Source of the DNA: Amoebidium appalachense
Lineage: Eukaryota; Protista; Ichthyosporea
NCBI GenBank assembly: GCA_963693365.1
Contig: CAVNZM010000011.1
Coordinates: forward strand, 2,709,098-2,773,097
DNA length: 64,000 bases
Direction: 5' to 3'
This document shows positions 55,495-64,000 of the stretch, piece by piece. Every line of letters begins with the position of its first letter. Position 1 is the first letter of the stretch. A program made the position numbers and the translations under genes. The notes under the pieces were generated by a model, which saw nothing but the letters and a program-made list of their open reading frames with translations, made no database searches and was not told the DNA's origin.

Positions 55495-56337
55495 AATAAA
55501 AAAAAAATAACTATACATTCATCCATCCAACTGTCCAATGCACATTTGCACATCGATGCCTCCCCCTCCCCCCCCCCCCCCCCCCCCCCTCCCTCCTCCC
55601 CCCCCCCCCCCTCCTCCCCCCTCCCCCCCCCCCCTCCTCCTCCCCCCCCCCCTCCTCCTCCCCCCCCCCCTCCTCCTCCCCCCCCCCCCCCCTCCTCCTC
55701 CCCCCCCCCCCCCTCCTCCCCTCCCCCCAACCACCACCACCTCCACCTCCTCACATCCTGCGCCTCCACACCTTCGGACTGGCGCAGTGTGTGGCAACAC
55801 ATACCCTCCCCACTCCCCCAGCTTTTTGGCCTGCGCCATGACCACCCCATTGGGCCCCTTCCCCTCCCAAATTAAAAAAAAAACAACGAAAAGGACCCTC
55901 ACCAACAATTTTAACTAACCAAACAACCAATAACACAGGTGGACGATTTGCAGCCCCTTTCGGGCCTGACCCGACTCGAAAGACTCAATCTGTGCTGGAC
56001 CAACGTGTCAGATATCGGCCCCCTGAGACCACTCACCCGCATGAAGTGGCTGAATCTGGGCAGCACAAGGATCACAGATTTAGATCCGATCACGCGATTG
56101 GTGCATCTAAACTACCTGATCCTCTCCCAGACATACGTCGAAGATTTGACCCCGCTCTCTGCCCTGGCGTCACTCACCGAAATTGGGCTGTCGAAATGCC
56201 GATCGCGAGATTTCACCCCACTCCTACGCCTACCGAATCTGCCGTTCAAGAACATTCGTGTTTCGCCCAATCAGGTGGCCATGTTAGAGCAGCAAAGGCA
56301 GAGCCTGAGTCGGAGCGATTTGGCTGCAGACCTATGA
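51284..56337 (+). CDS. F-box plus leucine-rich-repeat (SDS22/internalin-like) protein, about 338 aa, 5 exons
   Basis: Exons 51284-51429, 52557-52745, 53680-53833, 54580-54708 and 55939-56337 are all phase-compatible. F-box [16 protein letters not shown]...AAVCRTWKE; 22-aa LRRs of the form LxxLxLxxTxVxDLxPL. Confidence 0.92.
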
Positions 56338-56370
56338 ATGCTCCCTTATGCCCCTCCCCCTCCCCCCCCA

Positions 56371-56408
<38 letters not shown>

Positions 56409-56445
56409 ATCCTCTAATACATGCACACTGCAGACCGCTCCCTTA

Positions 56446-56479
<34 letters not shown>

Positions 56480-57412
56480 CCCTCCCCCCGATCCTCTAAA
56501 ACATGCACACATGCACACAACACACACACACACACGCTCGCCCGCGCGCGCACACACACACACACGCACGCACACGAACGTGGTTTTCCTTTACCTCCTT
56601 CCTCCTCATCCATGGCCAACCCTTTTGCTTGTTCAGACACCACACTGATGAAATACCAACATGTTAGGGGTGTTTCATCGAGGTTGAAACACAGGGTGTG
56701 TACGTGCATGTCGCATGAGGATATCGAAAGTTAGAGAATGGATGTGCAAGAGCTTGATTATGGTGAATCTCAAACATGTATATTCTACTGTTGGGGTTTG
56801 TGCACTGTGTGTCCTCTGATGTGCACCCACGAGTGTGTAATGGCTGGGAATCAATCAAACACATATACATTGATCATGATACCGTTCACCTTTTTTATTC
56901 TTTTTTTAGAATTATGGATATCACATTCACCAACTCTAAGAAATGTAGAAAATTGCAAGCATAGTTACCCGACTGCGTGTGCTAACAAGCATCATTCCAT
57001 CCGCCTGTGGTTACTCAGTGTTCGTGATCACTGACTTTGCACATCGGTACATGTGTACAGTAGATTGTTGCTTATCAAAGTAGATATATAATGGCGAGAT
57101 ATGGTATGTATCTATAAGGTTTACGTAACGCAATATTGGAGATCGCTCGGCAGATTTACATGTATTTTGGCAAATACATGCATACGCAGTGAACATCATT
57201 TGATCCATGGTATGTGAGATGGTAATAAATGACCGGTGTATGGTCGATTAGCAATGCAGTAAATTTGATTCGACAATAATAGCTCTGATGAAGGAAGAGT
57301 ACCTGTGTGTGTGTGTGTACATGTGTGTGCGTGCGTGTGCGTGCGCACGCTTGTGTGTGTGTGTGTGTGTGTGCGCGCGCGCGCGCGCGCGCGTGCGTGC
57401 CTGCGCGCGCGT

Positions 57413-57495
<83 letters not shown>

Positions 57496-57528
57496 GTAGG
57501 GGGCCCCCCGGCAGATTCGGCCTTCTTC

Positions 57529-57865
57529 CACAACCGGGCCGTTTGGTTGGCTGGCGCGGGGCCGGGGTTACGTAAGGCGGTGGGGTCGGGGGAGGCCAGA
57601 CCACGATATGGAGGTTTGGGGGGAGGCCTGCGCAGGGCCTTACGTAAGCCTTACGTAAGGCGGTCAGGCGGGGGCGGGCGCTAGGTAGAGCACGATACGG
57701 AAGGCGTGGGTCTGGGGAGGTTTATGTGGCGAATCGGGCTGCGCGGTTGTGAAACTTGCGCTAATGACGTCGTCAGTAGGGAACCAGTCAGATTCTTCGG
57801 TCGTGGAAGTTGCAGAAGTGGCCTCGTGAGCCGTGATAGTGAACCAGTCGGAGGGCCCGGTTGTG
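57529..57865. mobile_element. Possible MITE with CAC...GTG termini
   Basis: 12-bp inverted repeat cacaaccgggcc / ggcccggttgtg, with internal TTACGTAA palindromes. No target-site duplication seen. Confidence 0.4.
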
Positions 57866-59356
57866 AAAGTTAGCTAATGAGCGTTAATTACACCTGTAGC
57901 TTGCACAACCGGGCGATACCATTGGGTAGTGGTTTGAAGTTTTATGATTGGATAAAAACCATTCAATCCTTTTGGCGGGTATATATAAACGTAGATCTGG
58001 GGGTAGTATATAATGCAGCAACACGATATTTGACGCTCAGTTTTTATAATGCCGCCGAAGCGAAGCAGAGCAAAGCAGAAGAAAGTTGTACAGCCTCCTT
58101 GTGGTACTAGTGAATATGCAGTTGCGAGCATAAGCCTGAACATAACCAATGCGGGTGGGAATGTGCGATACCATTTGGTAGGCCTTTTGAATGAAATGGT
58201 TGGGTAGGAATCACGGTATTTGTCTTAGCGGCTAGTGGAGAGGTATAAAAAGGGTGAACACGATATCGTCGATCACTTTGTGACGCAGCGCGGTGTGGAG
58301 CAGGGTACTCAGAAGAAAGCTGTCTGGAGCGAGCCTTTTTCTTGTTAGTACTGCATAACAGTCAAACTCGAATGTGGATATCTTTGAACACGAGTAGGAG
58401 GTTTCCTCTTTGTCGAAGTACTGTTTGTTGTTTTTTTGACAAATAGTATGTTAAGATAGTCGCAGAAGTTCTTTCTTTTTACAATTTTTTTATTGCGGAC
58501 TGCGGCTCAGAGGAGCTGTCAATGTTAGGCACCTCATAGAATTATGGTCGGATCATTTTTCGAAGCTTGGTGAACATGAATTATTGGCGGCAACTGATCT
58601 GAGTGCGAGGTGATGGCGCTTCAAGCTGAGATTGGTCAGGGCCGGAATCGGATCCCTGACAGGTGCATTGTGGGTCGAAAGACGTAGGGCTACCTTTCGT
58701 AAAAACGGTTTTTTGCAGTTTCCTTATATGGCTAATCGGATCGAACCGGATTCGATCTGGACCAATCATAAATACCCCTTGGCAGAGTTTCTCGTTACGA
58801 CACGTAGGGCTACGTGTTCGTGTATTTTTATATAATTATATTTTATTTATTGTTTTGTGGGGGGGGGGGTGTTAGGGGCCACACCCACATCGGGCAAATA
58901 TCGACTATGTCGACATTTACATCCAGTGTTCCTTTATGCGACAGTTTGTATGATGATCATGATACTACGCGCGTATCGATGTAAACATATTCTGAGCCTA
59001 CATTTAACACTATCGTCACTTACATTTGGCTATAGTATGGGGTTCGACACGGTTGGATATACTAACAGTGCAAATTTCCGGGCTAGATAACCAGATAAAT
59101 TTCCTAAAATTATTCGCACTATGTCTCCCGGGTGCCACTAAACACTGGTGTGTACTTCATGCAATATACATGTGCAAGTCTAACAAATACAAAAAAAATC
59201 ATATGTATGTATATACGGGCAAAGACCTTGACTATCGAATGCCTATCACATGTATATTTACAAAATGCCAAGAAAAACATGCAAGCAGATGTCATTGTTC
59301 TTATAACTACTGAAACCTTCAAATCCTCAGTAGCGGCTGTGACGGTACGCTTTGGG

Positions 59357-63428
<4,072 letters not shown>

Positions 63429-63739
63429 CTGGAATATACACAGCTCCCTCAGTATCAAGCTTCTTACCCCCTTTGCCCAACCCCTCCTCTGCCACCATTC
63501 CCCACTCCCCCCTCCCCCCCAAACCCCATTCTTTTTTTTTCTCCCCCCCCCCCCCCATTTCTCTCTTCCCCCCCCCCCCCCCCGGTTCTTTCTCTCTCTT
63601 TCTTCTCCCCCCCCAACCCCACCCCCCCACCCCTTCCCTCATCTTTCTCTCTTTCTCTTCCCCTCAACCGCCTCCCTTCGGTGCTAGGCTCCAACTATAC
63701 CATTTCTTGCCATTTCTGAATTTGATGCCCTCTTCCCCT

Positions 63740-63787
<48 letters not shown>

Positions 63788-64000
63788 ACACACACACAAA
63801 CACACACACCATCCTTCCAGACAAACACGCAAAAAAATGCACGTGAACACATAAGCAGACCCAAACAAGCTCATGCACACATACGCTCGTGCGTGTGTGT
63901 GCGCGTACATGCACACACACAAACACACAAACACACACACACACATGCACGCGCGTACACACACACACACGCAGACACACACAAACACACAAACACACAC

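Overview
Eukaryotic genomic window with intron-rich genes, saturated with (CA)n/(GT)n, (CT)n and very long poly-C/poly-G tracts. The TIM13 and GID4 sequences suggest an opisthokont, possibly a unicellular holozoan; this is inference. Most ORFs in the track are microsatellite artefacts. Hand splicing supports seven host genes: TIM13, an OPR/FASTK-like helical-repeat protein, a gene encoding a ubiquitin-like domain, AT-hook and 7 CxH-x6-CxxC zinc ribbons, a double-DysF protein with a C-terminal hydrophobic segment, a Vps62(DUF946)+DysF protein, an F-box/LRR protein, and the 3' part of GID4. The left 6.5 kb is accessory. It holds two intronless orphan ORFs (one possibly a virus-type SSB) followed by a motif- and hairpin-rich block, a 450-bp tandem repeat, and an internally deleted DIRS-order retroelement (RT-RNaseH-methylase) with split direct repeats and a palindromic circle junction. 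Several MITE-like elements sit in introns and intergenic DNA. Highlights are the Ubl/AT-hook/zinc-ribbon gene, splice acceptors built from (CA)n, polar CnAn homopolymer cassettes, the DIRS junction-target similarity and the possible virus-like element end. All gene models were assembled by eye and need RNA-seq confirmation.
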